DNA of 64,000 nt, from positions 18,042,001 through 18,106,000 of the forward strand of contig NC_087436.1 of the NCBI RefSeq assembly GCF_036321535.1. The letters run 5' to 3'. A program made the translations under genes and the position numbers. The DNA is from Camelus dromedarius. Taxonomy: Eukaryota. Positions 42,261 to 54,100 of this stretch are shown in pieces. Below the pieces are notes generated by a model. It saw only the letters and a list, made by a program, of their open reading frames with translations. It had not been told where the DNA came from and searched no databases. The number at the start of each line of letters is the position of its first letter. Position 1 is the stretch's first letter.

Positions 42261-42762
42261 AATAAAGCTAGGGTATAATTTTACATGTTGCCAGTAGGTG
42301 CCACTCTTTAAGTGTATTCCATGTCTGAATCCTCTTGGTGCCCGTCTGGCTTGCAGAATGAAATAGTTGAACATTTCCAGTTGTGTAATTGGCAAGTCTT
42401 CCCGCTGAAATCACATGTGTAAATGGGGTGGGGCAGGGTGGGGAGGAGGGTGGAGGCAGAGCAGCTTAAACAGCCACAGCAGGGCCTTTGTTTAGATTGG
42501 TGCGGGCGATGTCTGAGTGAAATGTGCACCGTCGCCTGAGAGGGCGCCTGCCGAGAAATTCAAACAGTGGGGAGTGTGACTCCACTTACATGAGGACCTG
42601 TAGGAAATCAGTGTAGTGTTAAACTTATCATCTGTAACCTAAAGTGTCAGCTGTGTTAAACTGACCATTCCTGTGCCTATGGTATTGGCAAACATGTTTG
42701 CTTTCTACTTTTTTGAAAAAGAGATTTCAAGGCACCGAAGAGGAAGTTTCATTATCTGGTAA

Positions 42763-43041
<279 letters not shown>

Positions 43042-43339
43042 TGAAGCAAAGATTTCTAAAAATCTGGTAAGTTCTGTATTTGTGCTAAAACATTTAGGAG
43101 AAAAGTATTTCTTAGAAGAGGTTAAAAAGAAGCATGTTACGTGGCTGTGGTCCTAGTGAAGTTTTCAACTCTGAGTTTTCTAAGGTTTCAAGAACTGGGC
43201 ATATAAACCGAAATGAAAACAAAACAAAAAAATGAATGACATATAAAACTGTAGCTAACAGTTTTCATTGACATATCTGTTTAGAAATAAGACCTGTATG
43301 TGATAACATTAACCTGATAGGAATATATTCCTGACTGTA

Positions 43340-44850
43340 GGAGTAAATGTAATAAAGGAAAACCTGTATGAAAAACAACTTAAAAAATGGCAAAGGAGCT
43401 CACCAAAAGAGTGGGGGAGGTAAAGCCTTGAACAAAACACAAAAGTATACAATGTCCACGGATGGGAAGATTCATCTTCCTAAAGGTATCAGTTTTCTCT
43501 AAGGTAGTTTATAAATATTACCCAAGTCTAACAAGAGTACCACTTGGTGATTCTAAGTTCCTAAAGAACAGCCAGCAAAATTCTGGAAGAGATGAATAAT
43601 GAGGGCATCTAGCTCTACCACATCATACAGCATATGATGCAGCTACAGTAATTAAAATAGTCTGTGTATTTGTTTATTGATTGTCAGATCAGCAGAAAGG
43701 CAAGAAAGAGATTCCAATAATGTGAGAATTTTGTACATAATAAAGTTGGCATTTCAGCTCAGTGGGAAAAGGATAGATTATTCAATAGAAATTGTTGTGA
43801 CAACTGGGAAGCCATCTGGAAAACAAGAACCTGGAATCCAAACTCCTAATTGTCCTCCAAAATAAATTCTGGTCTTTCAAAGGTTTCAACTTTGAAATGT
43901 AACACAGAAGTCCTAACGGAAAACATGGATTTTTTTAAATACTCTGTAAGTGGAGAAGACTTTTTAAAGTATGAAATAAACCCAGAAGCTATGAAATAAT
44001 TAAGGAAATCAACAGTACTTACGAATCAAATATTACTGCAAAGGCAAATAATAAGAAACCAGGGGCAAATACTTGCAACTCATAGACAAAGCATTTATTT
44101 CTCATGTAGATAAAGAACTCCTATAATTCCATAAGAGAAAGAAACCAACTCATTAGAAAAATAAGAATGAATGGAAAAAGAATATGAACAAAACATAGAT
44201 TTTTAAAAATACAGTTGGTTCTTGAAACACGTGAAAAAATTGCTAATCTAATCCTAGTAAGAGAAATGTGAATTTAAAATGTGGGATATGATTTTTTACA
44301 AATGGCAAAGATGGAATAATTTGTGATATATTTGATGAATATAGAAGTAAAAGTGAAACTCAGTGTTGATCTCATGCATTTTAGGTGGACTTATAAATTG
44401 CTATAACCCCTATGGAGAGCAGTTTAGCTATTTCAATAAAATGTTAAAAGGCACACACCCTTTGACTCACCAGTTCGACTTTCAGGAATTTATTTTAAGT
44501 ATATTCTGGCAACGTAAGAAATGATACATGCATAAGATATTCATTGTAGCATTATTAAATATCAGACATACATTAAATATGTGTCTGTTCAGAATTGATT
44601 AAATAAATTACAGAATACTCTTCAGAATAAGAATAAAAGGAGCTCTATGGACTGGTTTCCAATTTATTGTTTAATGAAGAAAATCAGGTTGCAAAATAGT
44701 GTGTTTTGTATACTACAAGTTGCATATCTGCTTTCAAAGAGGAATGTATATTGTATAGAACATTTCTGGAATGATATAAAAGAACTAGTAATGGTGGTTG
44801 TCTCAGTAGAAAGGACTGAGTAGCTGGGAGACAAGGAAAGGAAGGAAAAT
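43340..44850 (+). mobile_element. Ancient L1M (L1ME-like) ORF2 and 3' remnant, sense to the gene
   Basis: AATGTCCACGGATGGGAAGA; AAGGATAGATTATTCAATA; TAAATTGCTATAACCCCTATGGAGAGCAGTTTAGC. Confidence 0.7.
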
Positions 44851-45119
44851 TAATTATAGCTATGATGAGAACCCTCGTTCCGCCACTTCCTGACCTTGTA
44901 ATCCAGGGACAAGTTGCCACCTTTCAGTGCCCCTGCTTCCTTATCTTCAACTTGCGCTGATCCACGTACCTGCCTCCGAGGCTGTGGTGAGGAGTAAATG
45001 AGATAGTGTACAGTGAAAACAAGGGACCACTCAGTTCATGTCAGCAGCTGGTCACTGCAGGTCCCATAGCATTGTCACACACCATCTGAAGGACACGATT
45101 GCCCCGTGTCTTTGGTGAT

Positions 45120-45245
45120 GGTGAACCTCAGGTCCCCAGAGAAGTGAAGTGACTTGCCCCAAGGTGCCACAGCCAGTGAGACAGTGAAGCTAGATCTTGG
45201 ATCTTGGGACTCCCAATCTGGTGTTTCTGATGGACCACACTGCTT
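45120..45245 (-). mobile_element. MIR remnant
   Basis: AGAGAAGTGAAGTGACTTGCCCCAAGGTGCCACAGCCAGTGAG. Confidence 0.6.
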
Positions 45246-45658
45246 CCTTGTTCTAACATCTAAATCAGCACAGATGTGGCACAAAAGATCACCTTCTGAA
45301 GCACATGAGTGAGGATCGGGAGAGATTAATACTTTAAAATCTAAATAGCACAGTGGTATGACCATTGGTCATAAAATGAACTTGGAATCAGTTTTGTAAA
45401 ATCTGCCATCTGAATTTACACACACAGACACAGTGCTGAGGTGTGTTATATCTTGACATAATTTTTATATAATGTTACAGATATTACATAATATATTTAC
45501 ATACAGTATGTAAATACTACTATAAATATTATATAATCACTTCATAAAATAGAATTACTATTGGTTACTATAAAATACTAATGAAATAGCCATACTTATA
45601 ATTCCTACCCCTTAGGGTTGTGTTCAGGATTAACTGAGTCAATGCATAACCTTTAGAA

Positions 45659-45858
45659 CAGAGTTTCTCTGTTCTGTTGGAATTTGAGGCGAGATCAGTC
45701 TTTGCTGTGGGGCCATCCTGTGTGTCATAGGATGTTTATCAGCCTCCCTGGTCTTCACTTACTAGATGTCAGTAGCCGTCCCTTCTTGCCCAGTTGTGAC
45801 AACCAAAAATGTTTCCAAACTCTGCTAAGTGTCCCCTGGGTGGCGTTGAGACCTGCTG
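45659..45858 (-). mobile_element. MER20 hAT-Charlie element inserted in a MIR
   Basis: CCCAGTTGTGACAACCAAAAATGTTTCCA core; CAG...CTG termini; 8-bp TSD CTTTAGAA / GTTTAGCA. Confidence 0.8.
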
Positions 45859-45904
45859 GTTTAGCAATAATAGTAAATAATTGTAAGCACTATTTAAGTG
45901 TGAG

Positions 45905-46035
45905 ATATTTTCTGCTAGACTGTACATTCCCTCTTGGGGGAATTTTGGTCTGTTTTGTTCATGGCTTTATCCCCAGTGACTAGAATAGTGCCTGGTAAAA
46001 AGTAGGTGTTCTATGGCCATTTGTTGAATGAATGC
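45905..46035 (+). mobile_element. L2 3' end
   Basis: CTAGAATAGTGCCTGG...GTAGGTGTTC...ATTTGTTGAATGAATG. Confidence 0.65.
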
Positions 46036-47275
46036 ATGATTAACTGTCATTTTTGAAGGTTGCATGTTCTCAGCATTCTGCTTCATGCGTATCATGCCTT
46101 TTTAACCTCACATAGCACTGTGCAATACATTCTATTAATCCATCCATTTTAGAAGTGAGTTCATGGAGGCCCTGAGAGGTTGAAGAGCTGGCCCACAGCC
46201 ACAGCTCCAGGGAGTGGCAGAGCCAGACTGAGATCTCAGTCCTTGGTCAAAGCTGGTGCCCAACATCACTCTTCTGTGTGACCCAGGGCCCCTGTTTAAG
46301 ATTGGCTTTTTTTTTAATGGCCCAGGTTGTCTGTCAGTGGCAGCTGTGGTACCCAGGTTTTTGACTTTTGTCTATAATGATCTGTGTGTGAGGTTTGGCA
46401 CAGTACGTAATACACAATTCACATACGTTGCTGTTGGTTTCCGTACATGCAGGCTGGGTTTTGTGGATCTTGGTGTAAAACATTTTTACCAAAGAAAATT
46501 CTTCCCTTGAATCTTGAGCCCATTGAAAGCAGGGTCAAAAATGGGCAGAATGGAAATTATTATTTATAAAAGTCATATTTTCTTTAGGTTCAAGTTATAA
46601 TTTAACTACTTTTGGTTCACAGGTTGAATAATTAACTTTTACTAATTATCCACTCATGGTAATAACATATGTTGTTTTTTCTTTAATAAAATTTATTTTG
46701 AAGCCTCACTTTCTGTTTTAACTTGGGCAAAAAGAAATGCAAGCGATTTGATTATATTAAAGTGGATAATATGACCATATTAAAAATTCAGGCTTTTAAT
46801 GTGAAGCAGTTTTTTAATTAAATGTGTGAATTAAATTAAAACCTTTTAATATATGTTCCAATCTCACTCCTGTTTTCCTAGCAAAGCAGGCCTGTCCAGG
46901 CTTTTTTATTTATCCGTCTTCTCTCCTACCTCTCTTGGAGAATAAGGCAGATGCAACCCTGGATAATACTTGGAAGATGTTTTCTGTTAGTGAATGGTCA
47001 TGACTCAGAGAACCGAATTAGCCATCCCGTTCTAAAGACATCAGGAATCCAAAACACTTGAGAATATTTTTTCCCCCGTGTTATCAGTTGGTTAGCATGT
47101 AATCCCAACCAGGTCCCCAAACTAGCCTCTCCCTTAGAAAGTGGAGGAAGGAAGGAGTAGGTTTATAGTTCTCAGAAAGTAAAGCCATAAAATGTGCCGC
47201 TTCCCTTTTCTCTGGGTCCCTTCCCTTCCTCTTGCTACCAGTGGTAACACTTTTCTTTAAAATCCTGCTGAGCTT

Positions 47276-48129
47276 CATTATCGCTAGTTATCAGAGAAAT
47301 ACAGATCAAAACTACAATGAGGTATCACCTTGCAACAGTCAGGATGGCCATTGTTCAAAAGTCCACGCACATTAAATGCCGGAGAGGGTGTGGAGAGAAG
47401 GGAACCCTCCTACACTGTTGGTGGGAATGTAGTTTGTTGCAGCCATTATGGAAAACAGTATGGAGATTCCTCAAGACTAAAAATAGACTTACCATGTGAC
47501 CCAGCAGTCCCTCTCCTGGGCATATATCCAGAGGGAACCTTAATTCAAAGACACATGCACCCAATGTTCATAGCAGCACTATTTACAATAGCCAAGACAT
47601 GGAAGCAACCTAAATGTCCATCGACAGATGACTAGATAAAGAAGTTGTAGATATTTATGTGATGGAATACTACTCAGTCATAAAAAATAATAAAATAATG
47701 CCATTTTCAGCAACATGGATGGACCTGGAGATTGTCATTCTAAGTGAAGTAGGACAGAAAGAGAAAGAAAAATACCATATGATATCACTCATATGTGGAA
47801 TCTTAAAAAAAAAAAAAAGACAAACTTATTTACAAGTCAGAAACAGACTCACAGACGTAGAAAACAAACTTATGGTTACTGGGGGGGGATAAATTGAGAG
47901 TTTGAGATTTGCAGGTTCTAACTAATTTATACAAAATAGATAAACATCAAGTTTCTTCTGTATAACACCGGGAACTATGTTCAATATCTTATAGTAACCT
48001 GTGATGAGAAAGAATATGAAAACGAATATATGTATGTTCCTGTATGACTGAATTACTGTGCTGTACACCAGAAATTGACAGAACATTGTTAAAATGACTA
48101 TACTTCAATAAGAAATAAGTAAAGAAAAT
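47276..48129 (+). mobile_element. Young 5'-truncated L1 (ORF2 C-terminus plus 3'UTR), sense to NR3C2
   Basis: Peptide [12 protein letters not shown]...[10 protein letters not shown]...[12 protein letters not shown]. Perfect 17-bp TSD AAAATCCTGCTGAGCTT at 47259-47275 and 48130-48146, at a canonical TT/AAAA endonuclease site. Confidence 0.95.
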
Positions 48130-51100
48130 AAAATCCTGCTGAGCTTTAGGCTGTGTGCAAAGGAAAATACAGCAGAAGATGTGAGAATGTCAGGAGAGAA
48201 ATTGAAAGGAAAATCACAGTTCTTCCAGCCCTGGGCTGGGCCTGCCACTCAGAAAGCTGTGGTTCTCTTTACAAGAGAGTTTACTGCTTTTCAGAGCCTC
48301 CTCCAAAGGAATTAATCACTTCGCTTTTTCTCGCTAGTGTTTTGAAGAGGATGATCTGTGTGTGCTATCTAGAGCTTCTAAAATACATAAAGTGCAGCAT
48401 TAAGGCTCTGTGGCCCTCAGACCACGAATGAGTCCTTTGGGGGTGTTTCTAGCTTGACCACCCTCTGGCCGTAGAATTCAGAGGAGCTCTTAGGGTTCTC
48501 CTATCCCAGTCCTCCCACGTACAGATGAGGAACTTGGAATCCAAGATTAGATCATCAGAGACTTGAAAAATGCAACCTAAGGATTCTAATACAGTTGTCT
48601 TTCCTCTTTTCCAACCCCCCCGCCCCATTTCATATTTCATCAGATATGATGCTAAATCCACTCGTACATGCCTTTAATGAAGGCTCTAAAATACTCCAGT
48701 CTTGCTTCCTGTAGCTTTAAACATGTAAACTTCACCAACCACCTGATCTTCCTAATTCTGGTTTCAATTTACTTCCAAGGCTATCTGCAGCTGTCCTTAA
48801 CCCCAGCCAGCACTTTTACTGGGTTGAGCTGGATGGAGCCTTTAAAGGGTGGCCATCTCAGGTCTACCTTTTCCTCTTGGAATAGAACTTGTCCTGTGAA
48901 AAGAGAAAAGAATCTCAGAGCCAGGAAGCCACAGCAAAGGCAGACCTCACGGTTACTTTTTCAGAGACTGGAGAGAAGGCAGCTAGATGAGAAAAGGAAG
49001 AGAGACAAGAGGTTAATACTGGGAGCCATTCAAAGAAACAGATACTCTCGTATATTCTTGAGAAGAATGGAACCAGAGAGGAAACATTTAAATTAAAATC
49101 CATCCACAGAATGCAGTATTAATCCGGCAATAAAATTAACAGTGATGAAAAATCATAACAACACAGAATACTTTCTGCAAAAACGTAATAATGAAAAACG
49201 AGTATGCAAATGTATTTAGGTTCCTTATTCTGTGATTACAGCACTATATGAAAAGATTTGCATGAGTCAGAAGACTTAGGAGGAAACGGGAGAATAGCAA
49301 GAATGCTTGTGTGCATGAAGTGAGGTTACAGATAAGGTGTTTCTTCTCTCTTTTCTAGTTTATCAATCATACGAACACATTTTGTAATAAAACTCAAAGA
49401 GAATAGTGTTCACGATTTTGAACTAAAAACAAAGGAAACAGAAGATTAATCATGCTCCTGAGCCGAAGAGGTAAAGAATTAGACATGCAGAGAGCCAAAG
49501 TTTTCCCCAAACAGGAAGGAGGGGGAAAGGGAGGGGGGAGACTTAGAGACTTTAGTAAATCTCCTGCTGGGAAATGCTTTAAAAACTGAAATGGAGAAGT
49601 AAGTGAAAAACAAAAGACCCAGAAACCAAAGAATGACAGAACCTTGACTGACAGGGGGAGCCCAGAGAGAGAGATCTTTTTACTTGAGGAAAATTGGCTT
49701 TACCTGCCAGCAACTTGCTCCAACCAGCTGGTGTGGTCACCTGAGAAACTCACACGCAGTGTCAGTCTGGTGAGAGAAATTACAGGATCTACGCCAGGGA
49801 CGGAGGAGCTTTAATATCTGAAATCCAATAAGAAAAACGGTTTTTATATCTTTAAGGGTCTCTTGAGGCAGGATATGCAGTAGTCTGTAGAAGTTTAGAA
49901 AGCCCAAGTGTACCAAGTTTTATGAAGAAATACCATTCCTCAGTATTTTTCTTTCCATTCCTCTTGCCTGTAGACAATAAGAATTTCAATGGGACTTCTG
50001 AGCAGTCAAATGGAGGGGAAAATAACACATTTCTATACATCAGAGGAAGTATGTTTTTTGAATCTTCATATATTAAGTTAAGCCATATTAATTGTCTCAG
50101 TAATACAACTTGAATTGAACAACTGGCATTTTTACCCTGCAAAATTCCCAGAGGAAAGTTCAGGATTGGTCCCAAAGCAAACCGCATTTAAAGATTTACT
50201 GTATTTCTTCAACTCTAAGGCATTTTTTTCCCCTTTCAGATTTTAACTGTTGTGATTATAATTTGCAACCAAGATGTAGATTTATTTTTTATTAGTTTCT
50301 TCAAAACTCTACTAAAATTGGTGTCCTATTTTGAGACTGATGACATCTTAGAATAGAAGCAATACAAGCATTCGAAGCAAACATTCATGCCTCCCAAGAA
50401 TATATACGTCATTGTAGGCGCACACTTGTGCCTTGACTAGCTTACACAATAGGCTGCTTATCTTGGGTCTTTTAAAATATAAAACCCAGGAACATTGGAA
50501 ACCCTCTGCTGGATATACAGATGTCATTGTTGCTTCTATCTTTTTTTTTTTTTTTTTTTTTAACTTCTTCATTTGCAGTCTGTCCTGGTAGGTCGTCTTA
50601 CATAACGGGCCAGTGGTCCTAAGATTGTAACCTTCCCACCGTGGGGCCTGGGATGCCTTATTTGTGGTCTCAGTAGCCTAGAGGCAGAGACATCCTTCCT
50701 CCGTCTGAGACCGTCTCAGATACACAGGTCTCCTTGGCTGGTCTACAGCCACCTTCCGGTTACACACACTCGCTGATATTTCCTGTCACGCGCCATTGTT
50801 TTTCTAACTCCCCGGTAAAAGAGTGGGGGGTTTTGCTTTGTTCATAGTGGTTCATGTTATTCTAACTCCTTCAGGTTACCTCAGATGACGGAGTTTTATT
50901 ATAAGAATATTGCTATTTTCACAGTGAGTCTTTGGGAAATACTGGGCTTGTGTCTTAGGATACAGTGTTTTTCAATTTCTAGGGCTTTTCTCTTTGATTT
51001 TTTTCTCTTTTTACCTGCTCTCCACCAAGCTGTCTCCTCCCCACTTTGTTGCTTTGGGTTTTCACTGCGCGTGTTTCTACTTAGTGCCATCTGTTGATCT

Positions 51101-54100
51101 CGCTTCATTGTCACCTGCGTGTCTTGTATTCAAACTTCCCAAAAGAAGGTCCCAGCCAATTGGTTGGTCACCATCCACCACAGAGCTTCTGATTGGATTG
51201 AGTCCTCCCGAGGGTGTAGACAAATAGCTGCCTTTGTCTCTGCTGTCCCCACCTTACCCAGGCTGGCACGGCCGGTTATAGGTCCCCATGGTAAAAAAAC
51301 GTGACCACCCATGGCAAGAAGGCGTTTGACCCCGTTTTTCAGAAAGGAGCTGTAAGTATAGAGAGCAGAGTGTAGTGGATCCAGTGCAAACTCGTAACAG
51401 TCACCACCACCCATAAAGTATGGAGCATCCCTTAAATCATAGCCATTTTTCCAACACCCTGATTTTCAGTCACACATTATAAGTTATCCATCTATTTAGA
51501 AGTAAAAAAAAAAAAAAAACTGTCCATTTTTAGAAAGCCGATTGACAAAACAAAATAATAGCTTTTCATGCCTCTTGGAACAGAACCCTTTATTTTAGAG
51601 TTTGAGACTTTTTGATATAGCGACTTGGAAAACATACAAACCAAAAGAAAACACAAAAAGCATAAATAAAACAAATCTAAATTTTTTTTTTAATTACCCA
51701 TTACTGTGTAAGGTTATAGAACATCTCTCTAAACCTGAATCAGCCCCTGTGCCTAAGAGCCAGGCTCTAGGATGGAGGGTGAGCTCTGGGCTCGTGGAAG
51801 AGGAGGGCGGAGGGACATGGAGACAGCAGGAAAGGAAGAAAAACCCGCGCCGCGCAGGTTTACCGCACTCAGCCGCCCAGAAAGCATAGATCCATCACTC
51901 GGGGCATGCTCTGCCTCTTCTCTAAGGCTCCACTTGTATCATCTGCCACAGATTTTGTTTTCTCAGGCTTCTAATCACTGATTTCATTCACTTTAAATTA
52001 ACAGGCATGCACAGTAAGGAATATAACATAGTCTTTTTTTTTTTTTTTTTTTTGGAAAAATCTAGAGACTAGTAATCTGCTGCTTTTTGGCATTCTAAAT
52101 AAATATCCTCTTCTCTTCATCTTCACAGTAATATATTGTGATTATAAAAATGGGGAGAGGGTGCAGATTATGTTACAGTAAAGTCCTCTGCCCTCACCTC
52201 TATAATGTACAGAAAATCAACTAACTTTCCAACAGCCCTTCAGTCTTCTGCAGTAAATCAGTACAATACTTCAGGTTACCTCAGTACAATACTTAATGGC
52301 AATATCTTTCAAGGTGATGATTTTTCTGGGGCAGGTAACCTACCTTTTAAAGGCTAATAACCCAGTTCTAACAGATTTTTTAAATTTCTTTATCATTTTA
52401 TCAAGTCACAAAATACATATGCATTACAGTGATTGAAAAAGGAAAGTAAAAATTGTCTGTCATAAATTAGGGGACTGAAGATGGAAGAAGAGTCAGGATG
52501 TTTGCTGATTGGAAAATAATGATTTACATTTTGACAGAGAGACTCTTAGAAGCTGAACTAGCAGAGCTAATAAAAATGGTTTCTTCCGAATGTGCTGCTT
52601 CATTATTTTGAAAAGAAAATCTGCCAACAACAAATGTAAAAGCCAGTGGCTGAGTTAGGTCACAAAAACAAGAGACTCTAGGATGTAACTGTTGCATGTT
52701 CCTCCTTCAGTGTTTTGTACAGTGTTTGTTTTGAGAACATAATATTGTAAAACCATGCTTACATAGTGTTGAAGAAAAGCAGTTATTCTATTACCAGGTA
52801 ATTATTAGGAGGGAAGGTTTCAGAATGTTTAAAAAGAACATCTCTGATGTACCTTCCCATTGATTCACTCAGCAAGTATCCATCATGCGCCTCCAAAATT
52901 CCAGATGTTGCCCGTGACGTTGCCACTGTAGCAGGGAGAAGGCAGGCACTGGCCTTGTTTTCAAAGAGCTAACCTCTCAGAATGAAGAAATTTATTATAG
53001 GCCAGGTTAGCAGTGGAAATTTAACAACCATGCACTGAAGAGCGCCCTCGGTGTTGACGATGGCCCAAACCCCTGGAGTTCTCTCTCCTTGCTTCAAATT
53101 GGCTTCGGCAACTTTGTGACTTACTTCTACTGCACAAGGTGGTGGCAAATCTGGATGCCTTTCTCTGACTCCTGTCCCTCTGTAATTGGGGGCATGCATC
53201 CTGGTTGTGTTCTTTGTGCATTGATCCCATCCAATGGCCCACTGGCTCCCACCGGTGCTTGTGTGGGGCGTCGTCTGCAAAGGAGCAGTTCTGTGCCGTG
53301 AAGTCCTGTGGAAGACCCGCCCGCCTTCCCAAGCACAGACCACAACATTCCAACTTCAGCATCAGCAGACCACAGTCTTCACTTGCTGTGGGCTCCCTCA
53401 ACCCCGACTATGAAAATCAGCCCTTCGTATTCTTATCAAAAAATCTGAATCCAACTTTACTGGAAAGATTTTTGGCCTCCTTAGAGACTTTAAAAGTAGT
53501 GTCTCATCTGAGGATGGCTGAGGCAGCTCTGGTTGATCTCTTTGGCACGCACGCCTTGTCCATCTGTCTCATAGCTCTTACAGCAGATACTAGGAAACGT
53601 CCCTGAATTTAGGCTGGGACTCGGGGAGCCACTTCCTAGCAACCGACTTCCGGTCATCTTCCTTCGTTTCCTGACCGGCCCCAGCACGTTGCTGTCTCCC
53701 CTGGAAACTCTTTACAATTCATCTTCAGCACCACCAGAGAAACCAAGAGACACTTTTGTGAACAACGTTTAAAATTTTTTAATAATCAGAGATTTCTTTC
53801 AACATACAGTTTTCTTAATCTACCAGTCTTCAAGCCATTCTTAATTCTAAAATTAGCCTCATTCACCAGTGAAAATTCAAACAGTCACATCTTCATTTGC
53901 TCGATAAATGAAAGGCATTTCTTGTTAATTACTTAGAAACATTTGCAAATGTTAACTGGCACAGTTTTTACATTTTTAAAGCAAAAGCTTCAATCCCATA
54001 GAGCAAAAACAGTTTTCCATTCTGTAAATACTCCTGTTTTTAAATAAAGAGAGTTGAGTCAGATCAGAAATTTTAAACCACGTTCAGAAGCTTACATGTA

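Noticed and set aside
50704..50720. Palindrome TCTGAGAC-C-GTCTCAGA
   Set aside because: An 8-bp arm palindrome is expected about once by chance in a window of this size.
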